Source: Hadesarchaea archaeon (GTDB lineage: Archaea; Hadarchaeota; Hadarchaeia; Hadarchaeales; WYZ-LMO6). From it: a stretch of DNA of 47,940 nt. The stretch is taken from positions 1-47,940 of the forward strand of contig JAPDJF010000006.1 in NCBI GenBank assembly GCA_029259185.1. The letters run 5' to 3'. Position numbers and translations under genes: made by a program. Under the pieces are notes generated by a model that was not told the origin of the DNA, ran no database searches, and saw only the letters and a program-made list of their open reading frames with translations. Position 1 is the stretch's first letter; each line of letters begins with the position of its first letter. Positions 8,548 to 18,476 of this stretch are shown piece by piece.

Positions 8548-10071
8548 ATGGTTGGTGTCTTCGTTAATGGAGGGAGGGTAGAGGCCCCTACCGGAACATC
8601 CGTTCTCGATGTTTTGAGGATGATCGGAGCCCCTTATAGAGAGGGGTGTAAGGTAACAGTACTCAGAAGAGTCAAACTTCCCTCCCCTGCTTCTAGAGAT
8701 TACTCGATCGAGACTAACAAGGGAAAGATCGTGGTCAACGTGGAGGAGTCCTTCTTCCCATTATGGTTGAAGCACTTTCAACTCTTAGATGGAGTTGGTA
8801 TGGGATGGAGCACGGGAAATGTTGTAGCATTTGGCCCGGTGGACTTCAGCTCCCTCGGTCTTCGACCTGCGAGAGAAAAACTGAGGTTTGCAAGATTCGA
8901 TCTCTTTCTGAGTTTTGGAGGATTCGATCCCTCCCAAGCTTTTTTGGTTCTCAGCAAGGTCCCTCACGAGGGGATATATGGTGTTCCTGAGGAATACCCA
9001 ATCATCGGGAGAGTTGTAAGTGGTGGGCACCTCATAACCGAACTCGAGAAGGGGGATCGGATCCTCGCTGTCAAGCCCTTGATCACAGAAAAAAAAGAGT
9101 TGGTGACAGGAAAACTGGGAGATATCAAGGTGGAAGAGGGGATGGAAATCTACACATTCGTGGAGGTCGCTCTTAATTTGGAGGCACGTGTTTGTGCAGA
9201 GCATTTTCTAGGGGTAGTGAGGGAGGGGACTTTTAATGTCGATCGGGTGGCAACGAGCTTCATCTCGAGTGGGGCAGCGGTGGGAGTTGGTCTCCCCAGT
9301 GAAAACACGGTGTATAGGGCTAGAGGAACAGTAACGGTGAGAAACTCGGGCAACGGAGTTGGGGCTATCTACATTTACAGAAGGGACTCTCCTTTTGTGA
9401 CTTCTCACAGCGTAGTCGGCAAGGTGATTCGGGGTATCGAGATAGTGGATCACGCGGAATCTAGAGATCGTTTTTTGATAAAGACGATCCCGGAGAGGTT
9501 GATGGTGGTGGGGATGACTCAAGGAGAAGCGTCTGAATACTTGGCCCGATGGGGGATCAAGCACGTGAGAGTCAATGACGAAAGCGACGATGCGGTGGTC
9601 ATAGAGCAGAGACCAAAATTCACGATGGATGTGAAGGAACAAGGAGTGGCCGTGACGTTGGGGGTAGACCCAGAGTCAGTAGTTCAAATAGAACTATGGG
9701 AAGACGAAGCTCCTGTGAGTACCTCTCACTTCAAGTCGGTTGCTGAGATGACGATGTCGAACGTGGGAAAGCTCCAGGTCATAGCTACCACCGATGAGGT
9801 TTTACTGCTCTCGAGCACAAGTGCCAAAACGTTCAAGTCGATCCCGCCCGAAAATCCTCCATCAGTAGAAGTTGAGGAGGGATCGGTGGGGGTGACGAAT
9901 TCGTTCAGAAAGCTGACGGGTGTGATAGGAGTCAGACTGAAACCTAGCAAGTCCTACGGTCCCACGGGGGAGGCATTTGAGGGTACGAATCTTATAGGAA
10001 GAGTGGTGAAAGGGCTAGACTCTTTAAAGAACAGAAAAGTAGGTGATGTGATATACTTTATGAAGAGATGA
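8548..10071 (+). CDS. mmp3: Methanogenesis marker protein 3 (cyclophilin-like MCR activation complex component)
   Basis: IETNKG, VAFGP, RGTVTVRNSGNGVGAIYIYRRD, SHSVVGKV, GVRL, YGPTGE-FEGTNLIG. Confidence 0.9.
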   Translation: MVGVFVNGGRVEAPTGTSVLDVLRMIGAPYREGCKVTVLRRVKLPSPASRDYSIETNKGKIVVNVEESFFPLWLKHFQLLDGVGMGWSTGNVVAFGPVDFSSLGLRPAREKLRFARFDLFLSFGGFDPSQAFLVLSKVPHEGIYGVPEEYPIIGRVVSGGHLITELEKGDRILAVKPLITEKKELVTGKLGDIKVEEGMEIYTFVEVALNLEARVCAEHFLGVVREGTFNVDRVATSFISSGAAVGVGLPSENTVYRARGTVTVRNSGNGVGAIYIYRRDSPFVTSHSVVGKVIRGIEIVDHAESRDRFLIKTIPERLMVVGMTQGEASEYLARWGIKHVRVNDESDDAVVIEQRPKFTMDVKEQGVAVTLGVDPESVVQIELWEDEAPVSTSHFKSVAEMTMSNVGKLQVIATTDEVLLLSSTSAKTFKSIPPENPPSVEVEEGSVGVTNSFRKLTGVIGVRLKPSKSYGPTGEAFEGTNLIGRVVKGLDSLKNRKVGDVIYFMKR

Positions 10072-10502
10072 GGGAAAAAAGGGATGTGGTACGCATCTTC
10101 GTCATATCACCGGACTCCGATCTCACACCGGAGCTTCTTTACAGGTATATGGTAAACCAGAAGATGAATTTGAAAATGAAAGAGACGTGCTTTGGACTAA
10201 TAGTTGTGGGTGATGAGAAGTCACTCGCTGAAGCACTACATGAAGTGAAGAAGCTTGACAAATATGGGATTTTCTCTAAAGTTAGGGGGTACCCGCCTGG
10301 AGATCCAAGGATATGCAGAGCGAGTAGGGGTGGAGGCCCTAGGATGGGATTTCACTTTTTAGAATACGAGTTTTCTGTCCTTCCTTTGATAAGGGAGGGC
10401 TTAGAGTCGGTAGAGCGTGGTGAGGAAGTTCGGGAGAGACATGTTGAGGAGAGGGTATCAGTAAAGGAGGTGGAAAAAGCCTTTCGGGAAGTGGAACTTT
10501 GA
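10068..10502 (+). CDS. mmp6: Methanogenesis marker protein 6
   Basis: KETCFG and RGYPPGDPRICRA...GPRMGFH motifs; canonical position after mmp3. Confidence 0.9.
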   Translation: MREKRDVVRIFVISPDSDLTPELLYRYMVNQKMNLKMKETCFGLIVVGDEKSLAEALHEVKKLDKYGIFSKVRGYPPGDPRICRASRGGGPRMGFHFLEYEFSVLPLIREGLESVERGEEVRERHVEERVSVKEVEKAFREVEL

Positions 10503-10945
10503 GAATTTTTATCTTTCCTCCGAATAGTTTGATACTCTCTGATTTAGTGGAAAGATTTGGCCATCATCCCTTGGGCATAGGTCAGGAGATAGGAAGGATG
10601 GTAACGACCCCCGGTTTGGACAATCCACCTTTGAATATAACCGAGAAAGAACTCACCCGGGGGTTGAGGTACGTTGCTGTCGAGGCTCCCTCCGGGATAA
10701 GGGGGAGAATGGGTGTGCTGGGCCCCCTCGTGGAACAGGCGGAGGCTGCGATCGTGGTGAAAAACGCGGATTACGCTTTTGGGTGCTCGGGATGCGCTCG
10801 CGCGAACATCCAACTCATCTACATGCTGAGGCGGAAGAAAATTCCAACACTGGAGATCGAATATCCGAAAACCCGTGAGGAGGCAAAAGTCATGGTGAAG
10901 AGGGTGGTAGATTTCCTCAGAGGATTGGGTGGTACGAATGGCTAG
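10499..10945 (+). CDS. mmp5: Methanogenesis marker protein 5
   Basis: IFIFPPNSLILSDLVERFGH, PSGIRGRM, FGCSGCARAN. Confidence 0.9.
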   Translation: MRIFIFPPNSLILSDLVERFGHHPLGIGQEIGRMVTTPGLDNPPLNITEKELTRGLRYVAVEAPSGIRGRMGVLGPLVEQAEAAIVVKNADYAFGCSGCARANIQLIYMLRRKKIPTLEIEYPKTREEAKVMVKRVVDFLRGLGGTNG

Positions 10946-12155
10946 GATTGCCCAGATCTCATGTGGGACAGAGTGGAGCGGAATCCAGGACTTGCTTGAG
11001 AAGGCCGCCAACATGGTGGGGGCAGAGTTGTTCTTCCCAGAGGTAGACTTGGAGTCGATAGATAAAGCCGTGGAAGAGGTAGGGGTGAATGCCCAGAGCC
11101 CAAACTTGCGGCTCATGACCGCGAGGGCCAAGGCGGTCGTGGATGGAGCACCCGCCGAGGCTGTTCTTCTCTTGACGTGTTTTAGGTGTGCGGAGGGAGT
11201 CATCACCAAGCACGCCATCCGGAGATATCTCCAAGAGAAGACGAAGATACCGCTCGTCATGTATTCCTTCACAGAAAAACCTAAGCTCGGAGAACTCTTG
11301 ATAAGGCTGGAAGCACTCGTCACGCTCGCTGAGAAGAAAGCGCTGTTAGCCAGAGAAAGACAAGAGGGAATAACGTTAGGTATCGACTCGGGTTCCTCTA
11401 CCACGAAGGCGGTAGTGATGATGGATAACGAGATAATCGGCACGGGGTGGACTCCCACTACCACAGTTCTGGATTCTGCTGAGAAGGTCAAGCGGGAGGC
11501 ACTGGAACAAGCTAAGTTGAACGGGAGAGATATAGAGGGGATCGGGGTGACTGGCTACGGGAGATTTTTGCTCAAAGAAAAAATGAGTGTTGATTTAGTT
11601 CAAGAAGAGCTCACAGTGGTGTCCAAGGGAACGGCGTTTTTGGCGAACAGACAGCGAGGAGAGGCTATGGTGATAGATATAGGAGGATTAGACAACAAAG
11701 TGATGACTCTCCTTAATGGGGTTCCGGACAATTTCACGATGGGGGGCGTGTGTGCGGGCTCGTCTGGAAGATTTTTGGAGTTGGCTGCTGCGAGGCTTGG
11801 AGTGGATGTTCCAACTCTGGGAAAGTTAGCCCTGAGAGGGGATCCGGAGAGAGTGAAAATGGACAGTTACTGCGCGATCTTTGGGATCCAAGACCTAGTT
11901 TCAGGTTTGGCGAGCGGAGTTTCTAAGGAGGATGTTGCAGCGGCTGCATGCAGGAGTGTTGCTCGACAGGTCTTTGAAACCCAGCTTCAGGAGATAGATC
12001 TGAGGCAACCCATTATAGAGGTTGGAGGAACCTCCCTCGTAGACGGTCTCGTGAAAGAGATGGGTGAGATCCTGAATGCGGACATCGTGGTACCTAGGTT
12101 CCCCCAGTTCGGCGGAGCAGTCGGTGCGGCGCTGCTGGTTTCGGGAGTGGTGTAA
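10938..12155 (+). CDS. mmp15: Methanogenesis marker protein 15 (ASKHA-type Fe-S ATPase/activase)
   Basis: IAQISCGTEWSG, TCFRCAEG, GIDSGSSTTKA, TGYGR, DIGG-DNK, MGGVCAGSSGRFLE, SYCAIFG; ATG 10938. Confidence 0.92.
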   Translation: MARIAQISCGTEWSGIQDLLEKAANMVGAELFFPEVDLESIDKAVEEVGVNAQSPNLRLMTARAKAVVDGAPAEAVLLLTCFRCAEGVITKHAIRRYLQEKTKIPLVMYSFTEKPKLGELLIRLEALVTLAEKKALLARERQEGITLGIDSGSSTTKAVVMMDNEIIGTGWTPTTTVLDSAEKVKREALEQAKLNGRDIEGIGVTGYGRFLLKEKMSVDLVQEELTVVSKGTAFLANRQRGEAMVIDIGGLDNKVMTLLNGVPDNFTMGGVCAGSSGRFLELAAARLGVDVPTLGKLALRGDPERVKMDSYCAIFGIQDLVSGLASGVSKEDVAAAACRSVARQVFETQLQEIDLRQPIIEVGGTSLVDGLVKEMGEILNADIVVPRFPQFGGAVGAALLVSGVV

Positions 12156-12158
12156 ACA

Positions 12159-12836
12159 ATGGTTGAGAAAATTTTCGTTGAATCGATGGGCGAATCGCGT
12201 GCATATGATTACGGAATCCTGATCTCCAAGGTGATAGCCGAGCATGCGTTCACCGATCTAGCACTGGGAAAAGCTGTGGAGCAGCTCAGGATACTCGTGG
12301 ACATAAAAGAACCACTCTTTGCCGTACATGCTCGTCTTGGTCCGCCGCTCCCTCCGTTGAGGATGGAAGATTATGCCCAGCTGGAGGAAAACCCGGATGG
12401 GATACATGTGATAATTCGAGATGAGACGTACGTAGCCGATATGTTGAGAGTTCTGCGTGAGAGATTCGGCAGAGAGAAGGTTAAACAGGTGGATCGATGG
12501 GAGACGGTCATTTCAGTGACTTCTTTAGAGGAACTCAAGCGGATGGTGATCGCGGAGCCTCAAACGAAAATGGTGGATAGATTGATGGATGCGGTGCAAA
12601 GGATAATCCCCGTGGGTTTCAGAGTTGGTTTCTTAGAGCATGACGAAAACTCCATAACCCTCATAGCGTCTGAGAATCCCATTCGGGAGGAGTGGATAAG
12701 AGAAGTGAAGGATGCCTTGAAGAAACCTCCAAAGCCCATACCCCCTGAAGAACTGGAGAAAGTGAGGAGGAAGGTGGAAGCGGCAGAAGTAATGCCCGAG
12801 TTCAAGGACATCGTGGCTCCCTGGAGGCCGGGGTGA
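12159..12836 (+). CDS. mmp17: Methanogenesis marker protein 17
   Basis: DETYVADML, RIIPVGFRV (PEGFR-like), IASE; position between mmp15 and mmp7. Confidence 0.85.
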   Translation: MVEKIFVESMGESRAYDYGILISKVIAEHAFTDLALGKAVEQLRILVDIKEPLFAVHARLGPPLPPLRMEDYAQLEENPDGIHVIIRDETYVADMLRVLRERFGREKVKQVDRWETVISVTSLEELKRMVIAEPQTKMVDRLMDAVQRIIPVGFRVGFLEHDENSITLIASENPIREEWIREVKDALKKPPKPIPPEELEKVRRKVEAAEVMPEFKDIVAPWRPG

Positions 12837-13780
12837 GGGAAGTGCTCGGGTTCACATTTGAGGGCGGGGGGTATAGGCATCAAGAACTCCTAGAGTTGGT
12901 TGAAGACTTGGGCGGGTCAATTCTTAGGGTGAGGTTGGTTGCCCAAGAGGCCACTATAATGTTTTTGGTTCCGGAGGAGGATGTGGAGCTGGTAAAAAAG
13001 TTAGTGCAGGACTTGAGGGGAAAACTCACGAGTGTCCCATTGGTCGGTTCAGAGATAGCCGTAGTTTCACCTACAATGACGAGACACCATCTCCCCCACC
13101 CCCTCTGTGATATAGCCGAATATCTTAGGAGGATGGGTGCCAAGACGAATATGGTGGGGCTCTCTCGTGGAGTGGGACAGCGGATCTGTCAGCTTAATCT
13201 CAAGGAGAAAAATCTAATCGAGGAGCATGATGTGGCAGTTTTTGTACTCGGGAACTTTGAGTACTGTTTGCTAGAGCATAAATGGAGGCTCTACAAAGAT
13301 ATCAACATTCCTGTGGTCGTGGTGGGTGGTCCTGAGCTAGATCGTGTCCCCCATGCTTTCGCTTATGTCAGCGGGATCGGTAGGATTCCCTACAGAACGA
13401 GGACCCTTAGTGAAATAGGTAAATTGGATGAGTTGGCCAAGGCTGTGGGTCGTGCTCTAGACGAAAGGAAAAAGCTCATAGCTCGAGATCCTCCACTCAT
13501 CTCTCCTTTGATCTTAAAAGGAGAAATAGAAAATAGGATCGAGGAACTCAAGCGGTGCAGATCCCCGACCCCGGTGGTTCCTCAGCTCGATGGCGTGAGG
13601 GTAAAACTACCGTATGATAGGTTTGCTTCCGTTTTAGCCCAAATCGAAATAGGTGGATACAGACTGAGCGATATAGCGGATATACGTAGGTCGGTGATGA
13701 GAAACTTCATCTTGGTCAAGCTCCGTCCTTCCTCTCGTGTGGAGTTAGAAAAAGGTAGACGGATCGGAGTTTTGGCGTGA
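12833..13780 (+). CDS. mmp7: Methanogenesis marker protein 7
   Basis: FEGG-YRH-ELLELVEDLGG, RHHLPHPLCDIAEYLRRMGAKTNMVGLSRG, DGVRVKLPY. Confidence 0.92.
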   Translation: MREVLGFTFEGGGYRHQELLELVEDLGGSILRVRLVAQEATIMFLVPEEDVELVKKLVQDLRGKLTSVPLVGSEIAVVSPTMTRHHLPHPLCDIAEYLRRMGAKTNMVGLSRGVGQRICQLNLKEKNLIEEHDVAVFVLGNFEYCLLEHKWRLYKDINIPVVVVGGPELDRVPHAFAYVSGIGRIPYRTRTLSEIGKLDELAKAVGRALDERKKLIARDPPLISPLILKGEIENRIEELKRCRSPTPVVPQLDGVRVKLPYDRFASVLAQIEIGGYRLSDIADIRRSVMRNFILVKLRPSSRVELEKGRRIGVLA

Positions 13781-13813
13781 ACTATAAATCGAAAGTGGGC
13801 GAAATCAAACAGA

Positions 13814-14191
13814 GTGGAGACGGATAGAGAAATGCAAGAGGTGGAGGTTTTTCCATACCGTTTTCCCAGTGATGAAACAGTGACTAATTTTTTGAAAAAG
13901 ATTCGAGAAGTCAAAGGTATTGTTCAGGTCGTGATGCAGGGCCCCAGTGTTTTCTACCGGAGGAGGATCAAAATCGGGGAGAAGGTAATTCCGCTGAACA
14001 TTCAGGTCGGGAGGTTCTGGATCGAGATGCAGGAATTGGAAGAGTTGGAAAAACTCAGAGAGATATGTGCGGAGGTGTTCCCTTACGGTTTTGAGATGAG
14101 AGTTGGAAAGTTCACCGCTCCCAGGGATCCTCTGAGCGGGCGCAGGTTGGTCTTGAGGATGGATTTGTTTTCCTGTGGAGAGGAGCGATAA
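13814..14191 (+). CDS. mcrD: MCR operon protein D
   Basis: VEVFPYRF..ETV..FL, VVMQGP, RRRIKI...IPL.IQVGRFW, CAEVFPYGF...GKF; alternative start ATG 13832. Confidence 0.85.
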   Translation: METDREMQEVEVFPYRFPSDETVTNFLKKIREVKGIVQVVMQGPSVFYRRRIKIGEKVIPLNIQVGRFWIEMQELEELEKLREICAEVFPYGFEMRVGKFTAPRDPLSGRRLVLRMDLFSCGEER

Positions 14192-14808
14192 TGAGGAAGT
14201 TTGGGAGAGAGTTTCAGGTCGTGGATTGTAGAGAGACAGCAGGTTTGGGCTTGGGCGGTGGTTTGGCCCAGCGGGCAACATTTGCAGAGGCGGTGAAGCC
14301 AGACATAATAGTTCTGTCGATGGGTCCCAGCCCTAGGCACATAACGAAACCCGTGTGTGAAATAACCTATGGTTTAAGAGAGACAGGGTTTAACGTGAGC
14401 GTGCTCGTGCTTGGTGCGGGGATAGGTCCTCCCGAGGAGCTGATGGATCAGGTGGTAGGTTCTGCATATTCAGGGATATCGCCTGAGGAGGAGGAACAGA
14501 TAGCGAGACACAAGCTTGCGATAATTCACGTTGGGAACGTTCCCCGACATTTCATACCCAAAGTTAAAGTCTTCCTGAGGAATGTGGATATTCCGGCAAT
14601 CGTCGTATGTCAAGCTCCTGTGGACCTCATAGACTTTGCGATGGGTGGGGTGAGAACGAGCAAGGTGGAGCCCGATCAACCTGAGACGAAGGGGATTGTA
14701 TTAGATGTGGTGACCGGGGTTGTTAGAGGACAGACGTGTCCCCAATCCAAGCTTGATGAGATAGTTGGAAAGGTGAAATACTGGTTCGAACGGATCGGGG
14801 GTGAGTAG
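14191..14808 (+). CDS. mcrC: MCR operon protein C (activation complex subunit)
   Basis: GREFQVVDCRETAGLG-GGGLAQRATFAE, RHITKPVCEITYGLR, VVTGVVRGQTCP. Confidence 0.93.
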   Translation: MRKFGREFQVVDCRETAGLGLGGGLAQRATFAEAVKPDIIVLSMGPSPRHITKPVCEITYGLRETGFNVSVLVLGAGIGPPEELMDQVVGSAYSGISPEEEEQIARHKLAIIHVGNVPRHFIPKVKVFLRNVDIPAIVVCQAPVDLIDFAMGGVRTSKVEPDQPETKGIVLDVVTGVVRGQTCPQSKLDEIVGKVKYWFERIGGE

Positions 14809-15654
14809 GTGGATAGACACGTGTGGGAAGTAGCCAAGGCTAGGATAGTGGTGAGTGATGGGAAAGTGGTATCGGTGGGAGAACCAAAAACGAAATTTTG
14901 TCCCATCATTCATGCGATGATGGGTGAACACGAGCGCACGGTAGACAATATAAGAGAATCGATGGAGACTAGGATAGAAGCTTTTGGGCTTTCCACTCCC
15001 CGTAGGGTTTTAGAGGCAGAGGAGTTTGGAGTCGGGTTTGGAGCGAGCGAGTGTCTGGCTACCGCGCTCAGAGAAAAAATACTGGAGACTACCGTCACGG
15101 TTTGTGATGGAGCTGGGACGATCATTGCAGCGAAACCGTCGGTGGTCCAAGGAGTAGGTATGATCATGAGCGCCCTTATCGAGACTACTCCTATTCCTGA
15201 GCTGGTAGAGAGACTCGAACGGGAGGGTATAACGGTATTGGACCCAACCAATGCGACGATAGATCAAGTCGGGGGGGTTGAGAGGGCTTTTGAGATGGGA
15301 TACAGAAAAGTGGGGGTTACCGTCATGGGGCCAGATGCGAGGATGATATCTGTGATGAGGGAGCTTGAAGAAAAAAATGGGGCGACCCTCCTCATAATCG
15401 TGATCCACACCACGGGAATCGGGAAGGATATGGTTCCTTTCATAGAGAAGGCAGACATCGTTCATGCATGTGCTTCGAAAATTGTGAGAGAGCTTATCGC
15501 CCCAAAGGCCAAAGTCACCTTCGGGAAAAGCATACCGGTTTATGCCCTTACCGAGCTGGGTGAGAGAGTGTTGGGGGCTCAGGAGAAGATGGTTGTGAAA
15601 ACGGGCAGGATACTTGAAATAGGGACCCCGAAATCACCCTCTCCACTTTCGTGA
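14809..15654 (+). CDS. mmp8: Methanogenesis marker protein 8 (DUF2099)
   Basis: DRHVWE...ARIVV.DGKVV.VGEP...CP, VGFGASE, VCDGAGT, HTTG, ACASK. Confidence 0.88.
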   Translation: MDRHVWEVAKARIVVSDGKVVSVGEPKTKFCPIIHAMMGEHERTVDNIRESMETRIEAFGLSTPRRVLEAEEFGVGFGASECLATALREKILETTVTVCDGAGTIIAAKPSVVQGVGMIMSALIETTPIPELVERLEREGITVLDPTNATIDQVGGVERAFEMGYRKVGVTVMGPDARMISVMRELEEKNGATLLIIVIHTTGIGKDMVPFIEKADIVHACASKIVRELIAPKAKVTFGKSIPVYALTELGERVLGAQEKMVVKTGRILEIGTPKSPSPLS

Positions 15655-15658
15655 AGAT

Positions 15659-16237
15659 ATGCAGATCAGAGACGGGATATACTTGATAAAACCTGGAAAG
15701 GTCGTGTACGACGAGGTCAGCGTGAGGTATGCTTCTTCTTCTGTTGTCCTGATAGACGATGGTTCGCTCATAGTGGTGGATACGGGTTTGGAAGAAGATT
15801 GGGGGGAGATAGAGAGAGGTATAAGGCGGGCGGGCTTCCATCCTTCGGAGGTGGATACGATTATCAACACACATCTCCATGTAGATCATATCGGCTGTAA
15901 CCACCGTTTCAGCGCTGAGTGTTATGCTCATCCTAAAGAAATAGAGCGTGTGGGTGTTTCTGGATATCTCCCTTGTCCGAAAAGGATTTCGAAGAGAGTC
16001 TGTATCTTAGAAACCCCTGGTCATGTGGATGGCCATATTTCAGTAGTTTTCGAAGGGGTCGTAGTGGCTGGGGATGCCATTCCTACTAAGGAGCATTACT
16101 TCCGGAGGATAATCCCTCGTATCCACACGGATGCGGAGAAAGCCAAGGAAAGCATGCAGAAGATCATAGATGTTGCGGAAATAATACTTCCCGGGCATGA
16201 TGGCCCCGTGTGGATCGGTAGAAAAAGTAAGTTTTAA
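15659..16237 (+). CDS. MBL-fold metallo-hydrolase
   Basis: VVDTG, THLHVDHIG (HxHxDH), TPGH, AGDA, PGHD; 4 nt after mmp8. Confidence 0.88.
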   Translation: MQIRDGIYLIKPGKVVYDEVSVRYASSSVVLIDDGSLIVVDTGLEEDWGEIERGIRRAGFHPSEVDTIINTHLHVDHIGCNHRFSAECYAHPKEIERVGVSGYLPCPKRISKRVCILETPGHVDGHISVVFEGVVVAGDAIPTKEHYFRRIIPRIHTDAEKAKESMQKIIDVAEIILPGHDGPVWIGRKSKF

Positions 16238-16494
16238 CCATTATTGCATTTTCGACCCCAACTTTATGATATCTGAAGGTAGATAACATACGTTTTAGCC
16301 AATCAGAGCACTTATTGAGCGGCGAACAACGAAATACGGATTAAACAGTCCTTTTTCATACGTTACCTATTCTTCCCCCCTTTCGCCTTCGACCAAAACC
16401 CCGAAAATCGAATTAGGGTCAGGGGTTTGGGTCATGCAGATTTTCCGCCAACGCTTTTAGGGTTTAGAGAACGGAGAACGGGCTTAGTCATTTT

Positions 16495-17137
16495 GTGGCC
16501 ATCTCACTTTCGCAAATCACCGACGGTCTTCCAGAACGCCCCGGGCGCTTCAGTGTCTCCAAGGCGACCGTCCATAGCGTACACCTCCGACGGTTGCAGG
16601 CCGAGATCGCCACGGCTCTGCGACAGAGGGATGAGGCGCTGAGGCGGAGGGGCGAGGCAAGGAAGGCGGAGGCGGAGTACGAAGAGAGGAGGCGGGTCAA
16701 AGAGGCGGAACTCGAAAAGTTGCGGGCGAGGAAAGCCGAGCTGGTGGGGGAGATCAAAAGGCGGGGCTTAACGCTCAAGGAGAACCGTGGAGGAGAGGAG
16801 GCGCCCGCCGTTCCCGTTTGACCTGCCCCACAGGATCGCCGACCTTGTTGAGTCCGCAACCAGAGGCATCAGGGCGCTGGACGAATCGATCAGGGAACTC
16901 GACCGGGAGCTCGGAGGGGGCAGGGTGAAAGCGGGCGGTGAGGATCTGGTCGCCCGTACCGCGGGACTCGACCAAGTTCCAGCTACACGCACGGCTCTTT
17001 TCCAACCCCGGTCCCGCTGGAGCTGGAGCTCTCCCCCAAGACCAGGGAAGTCTTGGAGAAGGTCAAAGGCAAGAGAGAGGGATCTTGACCAAAAGCGAAA
17101 TCGCCCAGCTTGTGGAAGAGTTAGACTGAATATTTGA
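16495..17137 (+). pseudogene. GC-rich degraded coding segment (coiled-coil ORFs in shifting frames), probably mobile-element debris
   Basis: Overlapping short ORFs 16495-16821 (E/R/K-rich coiled coil), 16787-17137 and 16938-17129; composition visibly more GC-rich than the flanks; no recognisable family. Confidence 0.35.
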
Positions 17138-17260
17138 ACTTCGGTTCATTTGTTTCCGACCCCAATTATGAAGGGAGCGATGGGATGTGGTTGAGCAAGA
17201 AACAGCGATCGAGGCTATTCTGGGGCACTTTAAAGTCGGCGCCCGTAGGTCATTTTCTTT

Positions 17261-17632
17261 TCAAGCGATGATTTGACAATAGAGTAATACCTCAGCGATT
17301 ACCACCACAGCCACGGCAATTCCGCCTATCAGGATCCATAAGATCGGCTCGACAGGAGCGGGTAAAGCCGCGGTTATCGTGATCGTATGCGTCGAGAAGC
17401 TTGGGATCGAAACGAGAATTTGAATCCCCTTCGCTCCCACCAATACCAGATATTTTTCCCTATCTGGATTCAATACGTCAGAATAATCGTCTGCTAGGGG
17501 TATTTCCTTTCCATCAAGGAGAACGGAGATTTCACCTACCCTTGCAACTGGTAAGATGCGGTTGTCGACGTACATCTGCTGATTCGCAGAATCGGTACTG
17601 GGGCTTGGTCGTGGGCTTCCCTCCGCGACCAT
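17261..17632 (-). pseudogene. C-terminal fragment of a membrane-anchored surface/S-layer-like protein
   Basis: ISVLLDGKEIPLADDYSDVL...LVSIPSFSTHTITIT, then a Pro-rich linker and hydrophobic TM anchor; no signal peptide or N-terminal part. Confidence 0.5.
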
Positions 17633-17753
17633 CCCCCCGGTTCGTCCCCTGACAGAACTCGCTTTCTGGGATTAAATCATCTCCCGAGTTTGCAACAAAG
17701 CCGAGGATAGTAAATACTTATTTTTACTGAAATTATTGGATGGAGGAATGTAA

Positions 17754-18437
17754 ATGCCATATGATGAGTCTTTGTTAAGGGATTTTTTGGATAAAGCGAG
17801 GTTTTTCCATGGACATGTGTGTCCTTTTGTGGCGCTTGGGATAAAGGCTTCCTTTGTAGCTATGGATAGGCTTGGTGTAGGAAGATTGGGTTTTGATGAG
17901 AGTGTTGGCGAAAGCATACTTGCCATAGTTGAGTGTAATAATTGCTTTACTGATGGTGTTCAAGTTGCCACTGGCTACACGTTAGGCAATAACTGCCTTC
18001 TATATTTCGACCTTGGCAAGGTTGCCTTAACCATTGTGAAGGGAAGCACATGGGATGGTGTAAGAGTCTATATTGACTCGCAAATGCTGAAAAAGGAATA
18101 TTTCCCGGAAGAGGCACTTCGTCTTTTCCGCAAAGTTGTTGCAATGCGAAAGGGAAGCAAGAAGGATAAAGAAATGCTTTCGCAAATATGGGAAAAACTT
18201 GGTTATGAGATGCTTAAAATTCCCGAAAATAAGTTTAAAATTGACAAGGTAAATGTTCCTCCCATTGAAAAAGCACCAATAGTTAAAAGTGTCCGATGTG
18301 AATCCTGCAAGGAGCTAGTTATGGAAACGAGGGCTGTTAGAATTTCAGGGAAGAATTATTGTCTTAAGTGTGCTGGTATGCGTTATCGAGCCCTCATCGG
18401 GAGAGGAATAGTAGAGATGGAAACTGACAAACAATAA
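17754..18437 (+). CDS. fmdE: FmdE/FwdE-family protein with C-terminal Zn finger
   Basis: FHGHVCP, VECNNCFTDGVQVATG-TLGN, CESCKE...CLKC; GGAGG RBS upstream. Confidence 0.88.
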   Translation: MPYDESLLRDFLDKARFFHGHVCPFVALGIKASFVAMDRLGVGRLGFDESVGESILAIVECNNCFTDGVQVATGYTLGNNCLLYFDLGKVALTIVKGSTWDGVRVYIDSQMLKKEYFPEEALRLFRKVVAMRKGSKKDKEMLSQIWEKLGYEMLKIPENKFKIDKVNVPPIEKAPIVKSVRCESCKELVMETRAVRISGKNYCLKCAGMRYRALIGRGIVEMETDKQ

Positions 18438-18448
18438 AAGCGATATTG

Positions 18449-18476
18449 GTGTTACTTTTTTAAACAACCGTAACAC
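18449..18476. promoter_or_regulatory. Perfect palindromic operator GTGTTAC-N14-GTAACAC (NikR-like), just upstream of a TATA box (TTATAAAT, 18477-18484)
   Basis: Read directly from the sequence; 28-bp GTGTTA-N16-TAACAC geometry matches NikR-type operators; precedes a secreted FmdE-family gene. Confidence 0.6.

Noticed and set aside
10544-11491. Long antisense ORFs (also 23620-24345, 27986-28537 and many shorter ones)
   Set aside because: They lie opposite well-supported genes and have Ser/Thr/Phe-rich shadow-frame composition.
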